Below, piece by piece: positions 22,413-31,628 of a DNA stretch of 61,091 bases. The stretch is from IMG/VR virus record IMGVR_UViG_3300043470_000556, positions 1-61,091 of that record; one strand, 5' to 3'. How positions within the stretch are numbered: position 1 is the first letter of the stretch; each line of letters starts with the position of its first letter. The position numbers and the translations under genes are program-made. Under the pieces are notes generated by a model. That model had not been told where the DNA came from. It saw nothing but the letters and a program-made list of their open reading frames with translations, and did no database searches. The DNA comes from a virus (Duplodnaviria > Caudoviricetes).

Positions 22413-24494
22413 TTAACTTCCTATCTCACTATTGACACGTTCGAGAACCTTCGCATAACTTTTTGGATGCAATCCGTCATTCGAAGGGAATTCCGAAAGT
22501 TTAATCGTTTTGTCACCATATTTAGATGCTACGCCTTGAATCTTTTGTGCAATCACACTATCATACGGAAGAATCCAGATAACTTTCTTAGTTTGTGTTT
22601 TAATAGATTCTCTTACTGCAGTCGCATTTTCGGCAGTCTTAATATTCGGGAATCCTTTATCATTAGATCCCATTGATATGACTGTATAATCAGAACCACC
22701 TTTTGCAGCATAATTTTGTTTAATCCTGTCAGTATTCCAACCAACGGTAGCATTTGTTGTTGCGTCCTTGGCAGAACTTCCTAGACCTTGTGCAATACTG
22801 TCGCCGATAAACGAACCTTTACCAACTGGTTTCGTCGGTGTTGCCGCTGGCGCAGCAGGATCAGTTGTGGTTGGCGCAGAATCAGAAGTTGGAGTACTAG
22901 TACCATCCGATCCACCAAGTTCTTCAACTTCATAAATTTCTTGCGCATAAGAATCTTTGGAAATTTCCAAAAACATAGTGTGCCGCAAAGGAGATATTTG
23001 ATGATGTATCGCAGTTATCATGTAGATACCTGTTACAAATTTGTCCCATATCAATGCTTCAGAATCCTCTTTAGTTTTCTCCCCGACGGAGGGGTAATAT
23101 AATTGAATCATTCTACCAACTTCAGCATCCGTTCTTCCAGGAACTGTTATCTGCAATCTTAATGTGGTTAAGTCCAGCAACGAACTATTTCTCTGCGACA
23201 CAAATTCTTCGGGATGAAGATCGATAGAATCTACGGTTGAATCCAGCACACCAGGATTCACAGTTGAAACAAACGGTTTAGTATCTGATGATCGCAACAC
23301 GTTAATTGGAAAAATCATTTTGTATTGTTTGTCGGTTTTGGTAGGATCTTCGTTGTCAATGTCGGGGAATTTATATGCCCCTGATGATGGATCCAATGTT
23401 CCATCTTCCATGTGGTGGTATTGTTTATAGTTGAATCCATGATCATAATAATATGCCGTATATTCTTTCTTTACCATATTGAATGAATGAACAGTGCTGG
23501 CAAAATGACCTAAATCTTGACTCTGGATGACATCAAGATTAGTAATAAATTGCAATGCTTCTATGGTTTGGAATCCCTTGACCAACGAAGATACCGTTTG
23601 TAAATTAGATAAATTCGTATTATAAACGAAGGCTGAATATATGTCTCCGTTTTCTAACTGATTTTTGACAAGACCTTCGATTGACGCGAAATAGAATGCT
23701 TTGGTTGTTTCATAAAACATAAAAGTTGGAGATTTATTATTGTTTCCAATAGATCTCTTCGCCAACCAATTTATACACTGAAAGGGTGACCACATTGGCG
23801 AAACAAATGTTATTTCTGATTGGTGGGGAGCGTCGGCGATATACAGTTCGGTATATGCTGTCTCATCCGCGATATTGTATGATGACTCGCTATCCGTCTC
23901 AGGCGTCTCAGGATTGGTTGATCCTGTGCTAACTTCGCTTTTACGAGTAAAAAATCTTTGTGCTTTTATGTTTTCTTTAAAAATATCAGCAACGATTTCG
24001 TCTGTGGTGCCTTCGAATTTTTTACATACTTTTACAACGTTATCAGAAGATGCTTCTATAGAGCAAAATAACAACTCATAATATTGCTCCCTGTCATTGT
24101 TTAGTTTACGATTCTTGACTGCATAAACTGAAAATGACTTTTGGATTTTATTGATAGGATCGAATGTTCCAAGATTACTTTTGGTATAACCGCCCAGTTC
24201 TTTCCATGGTGTTTGAATATCCATGGTGAGAACCTCATCACCAATGATTGGCAATCTCCCAATAAGATTCAACGAATCGCGAATAATTACTGAACCGTGC
24301 AGAGCTGGAGAAAAAATATCTTCATACAGATTTATTTCCATCATGAATGGTTTCAGATCTAGAGGATCTTCTGATGACACGACATTTAGAGTCAGAGATG
24401 AAATAATTACATCTCCTGGTTTTGTCATTGCATCACTGATTGCGGTTGGTGGTGATGCAGTAGTTTTTCCTTGACCTACTGGTGATTCTGCCAT
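22413..24494 (-). CDS. Baseplate hub (gp27-like) with C-terminal SGNH/GDSL hydrolase domain
   Basis: The N-terminus EINLYEDIFSP.L.GS..I.DS..L...LPIIGDE and later ITVPG...G.YMITAI.H match the hub. The C-terminus has FIGDSIAQG, MGSND and DGLHP (SGNH blocks I, III, V). Confidence 0.75.
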   Translation of the reverse strand: MAESPVGQGKTTASPPTAISDAMTKPGDVIISSLTLNVVSSEDPLDLKPFMMEINLYEDIFSPALHGSVIIRDSLNLIGRLPIIGDEVLTMDIQTPWKELGGYTKSNLGTFDPINKIQKSFSVYAVKNRKLNNDREQYYELLFCSIEASSDNVVKVCKKFEGTTDEIVADIFKENIKAQRFFTRKSEVSTGSTNPETPETDSESSYNIADETAYTELYIADAPHQSEITFVSPMWSPFQCINWLAKRSIGNNNKSPTFMFYETTKAFYFASIEGLVKNQLENGDIYSAFVYNTNLSNLQTVSSLVKGFQTIEALQFITNLDVIQSQDLGHFASTVHSFNMVKKEYTAYYYDHGFNYKQYHHMEDGTLDPSSGAYKFPDIDNEDPTKTDKQYKMIFPINVLRSSDTKPFVSTVNPGVLDSTVDSIDLHPEEFVSQRNSSLLDLTTLRLQITVPGRTDAEVGRMIQLYYPSVGEKTKEDSEALIWDKFVTGIYMITAIHHQISPLRHTMFLEISKDSYAQEIYEVEELGGSDGTSTPTSDSAPTTTDPAAPAATPTKPVGKGSFIGDSIAQGLGSSAKDATTNATVGWNTDRIKQNYAAKGGSDYTVISMGSNDKGFPNIKTAENATAVRESIKTQTKKVIWILPYDSVIAQKIQGVASKYGDKTIKLSEFPSNDGLHPKSYAKVLERVNSEIGS

Positions 24495-24500
24495 TATTAA

Positions 24501-25013
24501 TTACCTACTAATCAAATTCGAATACGCAGACACAAATTCCGCTAAGTATTTTGGATCCAAAATCTTTATCTCTCGCTTACCATTATTTAGTTCTTCTTCG
24601 TACTGAATATTAGTCACTTCTTCTATATTTCCGTTTGCAAGATCTGCAGCGTCATAATCAACAATCAATTTATCAACATCTACTGTTCTATAATGATGTG
24701 TTTCATAGATTCCTGTTTCACCATATTTCTTTTTACAATATGCGAGTAAATCTGAAGAACCCATCGGCCACTCTTTTCGTGCATCGACGATATCATTTAT
24801 TGCCATAATAACCCAATGATAATCTGGACTGTTGTAAAACTTATCGGAAACTTGTTCGATTGTGTAACCATCCGGAATGGTGACTGTTTGTAAAAAAACA
24901 ACATTATTCTTAAATCTATTTAATGAGATTCTGCGAAAAATATCAGTTACAAGTGTCGCTGTGTTTGGCGTAATCGTATTGACTAGTAATCTCGGGAACA
25001 TAGAAAATAACAT
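24501..25013 (-). CDS. gp53: Baseplate wedge protein gp53
   Basis: Motif F..FP...DIFRR...D..T.E.VS.KFY.....HWVI...N.I.D...EWP...TN..YEE..N..KR.IK. Start adjusted to MLFSMFP. Confidence 0.85.
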   Translation of the reverse strand: MLFSMFPRLLVNTITPNTATLVTDIFRRISLNRFKNNVVFLQTVTIPDGYTIEQVSDKFYNSPDYHWVIMAINDIVDARKEWPMGSSDLLAYCKKKYGETGIYETHHYRTVDVDKLIVDYDAADLANGNIEEVTNIQYEEELNNGKREIKILDPKYLAEFVSAYSNLISR

Positions 25014-25014
25014 A

Positions 25015-26247
25015 TCAGTATCCCTTCTCAATTCTGTCTGTAGTCAAAGTTTCCAACTCAGAGAATTGCAATCTGACAAATGCTTCAGTAGGACATCCAT
25101 TAGAGAACGTGGTAAACCCTTCTGCGCCGTAATCTATAACCATATCTGTCAGCACGCAGTTTGATATTTTTCTGACATATGTATTCTCGGCACCATTGTG
25201 ATAGTAGATTATCATAAATTCTGATGGATAAGTTTGGAACAGACCGTTAGGGCTCAGGGTTGGATGCATGTGCGAAGTAAACAATTTAAGTATACCGTTT
25301 TCACCGAAAACGACATCTGCTTCTGCTTCATTATATGGTGCAAATCTATAATCAAACGAGAACTTTCTAAATCCCATAGATCTAAATAATTGTTCTTTGT
25401 ATGGGTTTTCTACTCTCTTTGAAGTTGCCTGCAACACATTATTAAACTGATCAAATCCAGCAATGTTCGCAATACGACCTGCCTTTCTTATCATGTAATC
25501 AGCAGTTTCTGTACCTTCAGTAAATAAACCTCCTACTGATGCTTTACCCGAAGCGAGACCACCAATGAGTGCACCTAGATCTGCAGTCTCGTAGTTTGCA
25601 TTATAACCTGATGAGATTTTTTCTGGTATATACAGAATGATCTCATCACTACCAATTACTAGACGTTGTTCCCCCGCGATTGCGCTGGCAGCAACACCAG
25701 CTGCAGCACCAGCACCTGCTCCCAAAATTCCACCAACAAGACCTGCCGCCATTTTTACGCCGATTGATACTGGTCCGCCTGTAGCGTTAGGATTTTTGTT
25801 TACAGTTGTTCCACCATTTTTATTTAATACCTCCCCGAGAGAGGTCGCTGCGCCAGCACCACCAGCAGCACCCAAACTGGCCCCAATTAACGCACCTGCT
25901 GCTCCTGTTGCAATTTTACCGTTTTCTGGGTCGACTCTATTCTGATCTGTCTGATCAAAAATTCTACCACCACCAGATGACAATAATTCCTTACCTCGTT
26001 TTGTTCCTTCGCGCACCAGAGGATAGAAAACAACGTAATGTGGGAACTCTGCAGAATTCCCAACATTTATCGGATAACGTTTCTGTCCATCTTTATCGAG
26101 TGGCGTTTCTAGGAAATTGAGTGGTGCACTACCTCTACTGAACCGACTTTCTGTTTTCGGTTGAGGTGCCGCAGTTGCTGCGGCAGGTGCAGTTGCTCCT
26201 GGAGCAGGAGTTTGTGCGGGAGGTGCAGGTGCAGGAGTTAATGCCAT
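25015..26247 (-). CDS. gp48: Baseplate tail-tube cap gp48
   Basis: Motif NPY.EQLF..MGFRKFSFDY.F.P....E...YPSEF.I...CVLT.M..DY...L.FSELE.LT. Confidence 0.85.
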   Translation of the reverse strand: MALTPAPAPPAQTPAPGATAPAAATAAPQPKTESRFSRGSAPLNFLETPLDKDGQKRYPINVGNSAEFPHYVVFYPLVREGTKRGKELLSSGGGRIFDQTDQNRVDPENGKIATGAAGALIGASLGAAGGAGAATSLGEVLNKNGGTTVNKNPNATGGPVSIGVKMAAGLVGGILGAGAGAAAGVAASAIAGEQRLVIGSDEIILYIPEKISSGYNANYETADLGALIGGLASGKASVGGLFTEGTETADYMIRKAGRIANIAGFDQFNNVLQATSKRVENPYKEQLFRSMGFRKFSFDYRFAPYNEAEADVVFGENGILKLFTSHMHPTLSPNGLFQTYPSEFMIIYYHNGAENTYVRKISNCVLTDMVIDYGAEGFTTFSNGCPTEAFVRLQFSELETLTTDRIEKGY

Positions 26248-26283
26248 CTAGAATAAATATCCTATTAAGTATAGAGTTTGGAA

Positions 26284-26291
26284 TATTTATA
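26284..26291 (-). promoter_or_regulatory. T4-type late promoter TATAAATA for the leftward baseplate operon
   Basis: Exact consensus about 36 nt upstream of the gp48 ATG. Confidence 0.75.
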
Positions 26292-26749
26292 TGAGTTATG
26301 GCAAGGAAACTTTGAAAGGTCTGTATAAAATACAGAATTCAAAGAAATACATTGGAAATCCGAACAATATTGTTTATCGCTCCAGTTGGGAACTGAAGTT
26401 CATGAAGTGGTGTGATAATAATGACAACATATTGGAATGGGGATCTGAAGAGTTGCCCATACCATACATCTCTCCTTTAGATAATCGAGTACATAGATAT
26501 TTCGTGGATTTTTATATCAAGGTTCAAGAAAAAAGTGGTGTTACAAAGAAGTATCTGGTTGAGGTAAAACCGCAGAAGTTTACTAAAGAACCCAAGGTGC
26601 CTGCTAGAAAAACAAAGAAGTTTCTACAGGAAGTTATGCAATGGGGAGTAAATCAAGCAAAGTGGAAATTTGCTACTGAGTTTTGTGAAGATAGAGGATG
26701 GAAATTCATCATCCTAACTGAAAAAGAGTTGGGAATCCGTAATAAATAA
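26291..26749 (+). CDS. gp4: Head completion nuclease gp4 (TnsA-like)
   Basis: Motif KY.GNP.NI.YRSSWE.KFM.WCD...W.SEE..IPY.SP.D..HRYF.DF...EVKP...N.AKW..A...LTE.EL. Confidence 0.92.
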   Translation: MSYGKETLKGLYKIQNSKKYIGNPNNIVYRSSWELKFMKWCDNNDNILEWGSEELPIPYISPLDNRVHRYFVDFYIKVQEKSGVTKKYLVEVKPQKFTKEPKVPARKTKKFLQEVMQWGVNQAKWKFATEFCEDRGWKFIILTEKELGIRNK

Positions 26750-26763
26750 GAAGGAGAATATCT

Positions 26764-26925
26764 ATGGCAAAAGCAAAATCTGGTGGCGGAAATACTAAAA
26801 TTTCCTTTACTAATCAGAAAAAGGGCAAAACATCAATTGGTGGTAGTGCCTCTTCGATTAAGTTTTCAACCATGAATAAACGTAAACGTGCAAACTATAA
26901 AGCATACAGAGGACAAGGTAGGTAA
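26764..26925 (+). CDS. Small basic protein (53 aa, ends KAYRGQGR)
   Basis: Manual translation: MAKAKSGGGNTKISFTNQKKGKTSIGGSASSIKFSTMNKRKRANYKAYRGQGR. Strong RBS (aaggag); the stop abuts the gp2 start. Confidence 0.8.
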   Translation: MAKAKSGGGNTKISFTNQKKGKTSIGGSASSIKFSTMNKRKRANYKAYRGQGR

Positions 26926-27498
26926 TTGGCAAATCCGTTTCAGAGACTTCGTGCCAAGGCAGGTGATGGACAAAAGTCCATGGATTGGTATATGAACAAT
27001 GTGAAAAACCTCGTTGGCGCGAGGTTGTCTCAGAGCAGCGTAATGAAATCAGATATTGGTGAATTGAAAACCAATATCGAGATTGGTTCGATGTATCTGT
27101 ATTTCTACGACCCAAAGTTGAAGGAAGAACTTCCTTTCTATGACACCTTTCCGTTGGTGTTACCATTCGGTCCAGCAAAAGGTGGATTCTATGGAATCAA
27201 CTTACATTACCTGCCTTACATGCTACGAGCACAAGTTCTTGGCGAGTTGTTAGATTACAAGACAACCAAGACATATTCTGAAACAACCAAGTTGCGCATG
27301 TCATACAATCTATTAAACAACTTGAAGAATGCGAATGAAGTCAAACCATGTATCAAACATTACTTGACCAATCATGTTAACTCGCAATTCATGAAAGTCA
27401 ACCCTGAAGATTGGCAAGCAGCAATATTCTTGCCGATCGAGAACTTTGTAGGTGCTACAAAGGAACAGGTATTCAGAGATTCTAGGAGCAAATTCTAA
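26926..27498 (+). CDS. gp2: DNA end protector protein gp2
   Basis: Motif MY.YFYDPK.KE.LPFYD.FPLV...GINLHYLP...KPCIKHYL..HV...W..AIFLP; TTG start. Confidence 0.9.
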   Translation: MANPFQRLRAKAGDGQKSMDWYMNNVKNLVGARLSQSSVMKSDIGELKTNIEIGSMYLYFYDPKLKEELPFYDTFPLVLPFGPAKGGFYGINLHYLPYMLRAQVLGELLDYKTTKTYSETTKLRMSYNLLNNLKNANEVKPCIKHYLTNHVNSQFMKVNPEDWQAAIFLPIENFVGATKEQVFRDSRSKF

Positions 27499-28163
27499 TG
27501 GCAACAGCAGGTCACACAATTGCAGATTTTCTCGCTAGAGTTCGCGAGACTGACTTCGCAAGAGCCAGCAGATTCGAAGTAAGGTTTCAGACTCCAGGAG
27601 TTCTTGGTGTAGGTGGTGATACAAAAGAAATTTCATTAATGGTTGAAGATGGATTGTTTCCAGGAATTCTCGTCGGAACAAGACCAGTCAGAATAAACAA
27701 TCTAAATGAACAAAGAGCAAATGTGATTGACTTCGGCGGCGATGCAATAACATTCACATTTTTAGTCGATACCACATGGGCGGCAAAACGTTTCTTTCAA
27801 GACTGGATGACATCTATCGTAAATCCTATTTCTAGATATCTAAGTTATCCTTCTGAATATTATTCAAACATCACTCTGGTATCATTGAATTTAAACAACG
27901 AAGTTATTGCTGAGTGGGAAATCATAGATGCGTTTCCTCGTTCGATGGCACCTATTTCCGTGTCCTCCACTAATTCTGAAGTTTTACGTATGCCAGTAAC
28001 GTTTGCATACAAGAAATGGATATCTATTGGGCACAATGGAGAACCAAATTCAGAATCTGAATCTGACTATATCAATGATAATATCGTCGGTGATGATAAT
28101 ATCGACGCTGATCAGTTAATAAATGATGTTGAGAATGACATCCCACAATTTGAAGACATTTAA
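27498..28163 (+). CDS. Tail-tube-fold protein (gp54/gp19-like)
   Basis: Motif AR.SRFEV...ITFTF..D....K.FF.DW...DAFP.S...I......VTFAY.KW. Confidence 0.75.
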   Translation: MATAGHTIADFLARVRETDFARASRFEVRFQTPGVLGVGGDTKEISLMVEDGLFPGILVGTRPVRINNLNEQRANVIDFGGDAITFTFLVDTTWAAKRFFQDWMTSIVNPISRYLSYPSEYYSNITLVSLNLNNEVIAEWEIIDAFPRSMAPISVSSTNSEVLRMPVTFAYKKWISIGHNGEPNSESESDYINDNIVGDDNIDADQLINDVENDIPQFEDI

Positions 28164-28179
28164 TTATTTGGAGTAAATT

Positions 28180-28866
28180 ATGGCACTACCTACAATATCA
28201 GTACCAACATTTGACGTTGAAGTGTATTCAACAAAACAAAAGGTATCAATGAGACCATTCCTCGTAAAAGAGGAAAAGATTTTAATTCTAGCAGCAGAAT
28301 CTAATCAACGAGCAGATATGATTCGCGCGATGCAACAAGTCATCAACTCTTGCTCTGATGGTAAGATCGACGCAGAGAAACTACCATTCTTTGACATACA
28401 GAACATCTTTATTAAATTGCGCTCGCAGTCTATTGGTAAGGATTCAGAGTTTAACTTGATCTGCGGTGAGTGTGGTCACAAAACTCCAACTATTTTGGAT
28501 CTGGATCAGATTGAATTACAGATAACTCCTGAGCACAAGAATAAAATTATGATCACTCCCGACGTTGGTGTTATCATGAAGTATCCAACTGCAGAAGTTC
28601 TAGTAGATGATGACTTGCCTGTGTTTGATTTAGTTGTGTCATGTATTGATAAAGTCTTTACACAAGATGAAATCCATGACGCTAAAGATCAAACTACTGA
28701 GGAAATTGCTACCTTCATTGAAGGATTGACGAATGAGCAGTTTGAGAAGATCGTAGAATTCTTTGTGACGGCACCAAAGATCTTCCACAATATTGATTAC
28801 ACCTGCTCTAAGTGTGGAACAGAAAATACTGTAGTCGTGGATGGTGTTGAAAATTTTTTCGGATAA
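28180..28866 (+). CDS. gp26: Baseplate hub assembly protein gp26
   Basis: Motif MALP.I..PT...RPFLVKEEKIL..A.E...FD...IF.KLR..SIG...CxxC...MKYPT...CxxC...G...FF. Confidence 0.9.
   Translation: MALPTISVPTFDVEVYSTKQKVSMRPFLVKEEKILILAAESNQRADMIRAMQQVINSCSDGKIDAEKLPFFDIQNIFIKLRSQSIGKDSEFNLICGECGHKTPTILDLDQIELQITPEHKNKIMITPDVGVIMKYPTAEVLVDDDLPVFDLVVSCIDKVFTQDEIHDAKDQTTEEIATFIEGLTNEQFEKIVEFFVTAPKIFHNIDYTCSKCGTENTVVVDGVENFFG
28854..28860 (+). other. Candidate -1 ribosomal frameshift heptamer T TTT TTC
   Basis: X XXY YYZ motif in the gp26 frame, ending one codon (GGA) before the gp26 stop. The -1 frame is open into gp51. Confidence 0.6.
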
Positions 28867-28886
28867 CCCTTTCTCATGATAACTTG

Positions 28887-29033
28887 ATGAATTTCTACAA
28901 AATCAACTTTATTTTAATGCATGAACATAAATATAGTTTGACTGAATTAGAGAATATGATGCCTTGGGAGAGGGAAGTTTACATAGGGATGCTTATGGCG
29001 CATCTTAAAAAGAAAGCAGAGAATCAGGAATAA
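28887..29033 (+). CDS. gp51: Baseplate hub assembly catalyst gp51-like (below the ORF-track cutoff)
   Basis: Manual translation MNFYKINFILMHEHKYSLTELENMMPWEREVYIGMLMAHLKKKAENQE. NF.LM..HKYSL.E.E.M.PWER..Y is the gp51-like motif of aquatic T4-like phages. Confidence 0.85.
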   Translation: MNFYKINFILMHEHKYSLTELENMMPWEREVYIGMLMAHLKKKAENQE

Positions 29034-31598
29034 ATGGAACAGCAACAGCAAACTAAAGGTATCGGCAAGGAAAGTCAACTTTCTAAGATTGCTGCTGCAG
29101 TAAATCCAGGTTCGATGGCAGAGGCAAATCCTACTGCTACACAATCTATGATCTCAACTTTCATGCAGACCTTTGAGTCTTCAGCATTAGAACTACGCGA
29201 AGAAACTAATGATGATCAAAAAGAGTTGATCAAAACAATGATCGACGAGATCACCAAGTTACAAACTAAAAACATGAAAGAGTTTGAGAAAGCAATCGGT
29301 AAGATTGTTGGTATCACAAAGGATCTTCAAGACTCTGACAATCCATTATTACAAAAACTCGGTAAAGAGATGGAAGAAAAATCTCGCGAGGAAGTAGTAA
29401 AGGCATCTGGGTATACTTTAACTGGCGAAAAAGATACATTCCTAAATCGTCTTGGTCGTTCGGTTGGAATGAACACCGATGAAGAACCTGTAGAAAAAAC
29501 TAGAGAAGGTATTGGTAAACTCGCTAAAGGGTTTGCTTCCAATATCGGTGGAACTCTCAAACGTGGATTTAATATCGCAGTAGGAAGAGAAGCACCCGAG
29601 GGTAGTTTCGCTGATAATGTGTTTACTTCCGATGAACAGAAACGCGAACGTCTGTTGTCCAGAGTAGATTCTGAAACGAATGAGACTCAAACTGTATCTG
29701 CGAATGAAACTATAAAGAAAGTCATCGAAGAATACTTCAAAGAGGATAAGCAGAAATCAGAATCCTCAGAAAAAACCAGTAAAGAGACATTAACTGTTTC
29801 TTCTTTAACTGAAGCATTTAAAACTGCTCTTGATCAACACTTCAGCGAGAGTAAAAGTTCAACTGGTTCTTTCGAGAAAAATAATATTGAATCATCTTCA
29901 CTAACAGAGGAACAGAAAAACCTTCTCTCTGAAATAAAGGATCGCAGTGCGGATGTCGAGTCTACACAATCGATCGTCAATGATAAAAGGAAGCAATTGT
30001 CTGGCGACCTTGAGGATGAAACAAAATCAGATGAAGAGATAAAGGAGAGCGCAAAAGAACTCGACGCAGTAACCGAAGTTCTTCGTGAAAAGACTGAAAA
30101 ACTTACTGCGGTAATGGACAAATATGAAGCATCAGTTGGAACTTCAAAATCACCACCTGTAAACAGCGAAGCACAAGAAGATGCTGCGGGTATCTCTAAA
30201 GATGCAACAATTGAAGCACTGCAAAAAACTGCCGATTCCAATGTTTTAATACAAGAGTATTCTAATACTACCCAAGAAAAGACAACTGAAACAGTCGATG
30301 TATTGAAAGAAATACTAGAACTGATGAAGAAGATGTCAGCAGATAATCAAAGTGGTGGTGCTGGTGGTGATGGAGGCGACGGTGGCGATGGCGGTGGACT
30401 GGATATCGATCTCCCAGATAGAAGAAGAGGTCCACGAAGATCCCGAGGAAGAATTCGTGCTCGTGCTCGTATGGCCAGTCGTGGTATCAGAGGTAGAGTA
30501 GGAGGACTTGCTCGCGGTCTAGTAAGTGGTGCCAGAACAGTTGGTAGTGCTATTCTCAGTGGTGGTGCCAGAACACTCGGAATGCTTGGGTTGGGAACAG
30601 TAGGTGCTACTGGCGCTGCTGGTGCCGCTGGCGCTGCTAGTTTGGGTGCTACTGGTGCTGCTGGTGCCGCTGGTTTAGGTGCTACTGGCGCTGCTGGCGC
30701 TGCTGGGTTGGGGACAGCGGGTGCTGCTGGCGCTGCTGGTTTGGGAACAGCAGGTGCTGCTGGTACTGCCGCTGCCGCTGGTACTGCTGCTGCAGCAACC
30801 AAGTCAACTGGGTTCTTAGGTAAGATTGCAAGTGGCGCATCAAGTTTGGGTTCTAAGGCAAGTGGTCTGTTGAGTAAAGCACCTGGATTGGCAAAAGGTC
30901 TTGGATTCGCAGGTAGAGTTGCCGGAAAACTCGCACTTCCGCTTGCAGCAGGTATGGCAGCATATGATGGATATAAAGGATTTAATGCTGATCCCAATGC
31001 AACGACTGGACAGAAGTTTAAGAATGCTGGCAGAAATGTTTTAAGTGGTCTAACATTTGGATTAGTCGACAGCACAGAAGATAAAATGGCAGCAGGTGAA
31101 TATACTGGAACACAGAAAGGTTCAGTTGAAAAACCTTCTGGTGGTGGATTCTTCTCGCGAAATAAGGGTGTGGTCGCAGGACCTACAGGACGTGAAAGTG
31201 CTGCTGCTGCTTATGATAAAATGGCAGGCAATAAAGGTTCTACTAACATAGAACCCAAAGCAAAAGAAAACACTGGCAATTTCTTCTCAAGAAATGCAGG
31301 CATGTTGACAGGTGCGGCATTAGGTCCAGCAGGTATGATTGCTGGTGCTGCTTATGATAAAATGTCTAGTAGCAAAGCGGAAACAGGCAAAAATATGGAT
31401 GGCGCTTTAATTGAACAGGGAACTGAAGCAACTAAAGAAAAACTGCAGATTAATGTTCCTCCGCCAACAGTGATCAATCAAGGTGGTGGTGGTGGCGATC
31501 AAACATCTCCGCCGATAACTTTCCCAGGAGGCGTCGGAAAAGTAAGGACAGATGACCCTACTTGGTTGGTGTTCCAAAAAAGAAGAGCAGTAGCATAA
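29034..31598 (+). CDS. Putative tape-measure / gp29-like hub protein
   Basis: Follows gp26/gp51. Long charged helical N-half and a Gly/Ala-rich hydrophobic C-half. Confidence 0.6.
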   Translation: MEQQQQTKGIGKESQLSKIAAAVNPGSMAEANPTATQSMISTFMQTFESSALELREETNDDQKELIKTMIDEITKLQTKNMKEFEKAIGKIVGITKDLQDSDNPLLQKLGKEMEEKSREEVVKASGYTLTGEKDTFLNRLGRSVGMNTDEEPVEKTREGIGKLAKGFASNIGGTLKRGFNIAVGREAPEGSFADNVFTSDEQKRERLLSRVDSETNETQTVSANETIKKVIEEYFKEDKQKSESSEKTSKETLTVSSLTEAFKTALDQHFSESKSSTGSFEKNNIESSSLTEEQKNLLSEIKDRSADVESTQSIVNDKRKQLSGDLEDETKSDEEIKESAKELDAVTEVLREKTEKLTAVMDKYEASVGTSKSPPVNSEAQEDAAGISKDATIEALQKTADSNVLIQEYSNTTQEKTTETVDVLKEILELMKKMSADNQSGGAGGDGGDGGDGGGLDIDLPDRRRGPRRSRGRIRARARMASRGIRGRVGGLARGLVSGARTVGSAILSGGARTLGMLGLGTVGATGAAGAAGAASLGATGAAGAAGLGATGAAGAAGLGTAGAAGAAGLGTAGAAGTAAAAGTAAAATKSTGFLGKIASGASSLGSKASGLLSKAPGLAKGLGFAGRVAGKLALPLAAGMAAYDGYKGFNADPNATTGQKFKNAGRNVLSGLTFGLVDSTEDKMAAGEYTGTQKGSVEKPSGGGFFSRNKGVVAGPTGRESAAAAYDKMAGNKGSTNIEPKAKENTGNFFSRNAGMLTGAALGPAGMIAGAAYDKMSSSKAETGKNMDGALIEQGTEATKEKLQINVPPPTVINQGGGGGDQTSPPITFPGGVGKVRTDDPTWLVFQKRRAVA
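30598..30800 (+). repeat. Gly/Ala low-complexity coding repeat (GATGAAGAAGL/GTAGAAGAAGL units)
   Basis: Repeated 'ggtgctactggcgctgctgg'-type units. Confidence 0.85.
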
Positions 31599-31625
31599 AA
31601 AAGGGGAGCGAAACGCTCCCCTTTT
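31599..31625. terminator. Bidirectional intrinsic terminator
   Basis: aaaaggggagcg-aaa-cgctcccctttt, a perfect stem between convergent genes. Confidence 0.9.
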
Positions 31626-31628
31626 CAT

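Noticed and set aside
30347-31075. Minus-strand 242-aa Pro/Ala-rich ORF
   Set aside because: Antisense shadow of the Gly/Ala repeat in the 854-aa gene.
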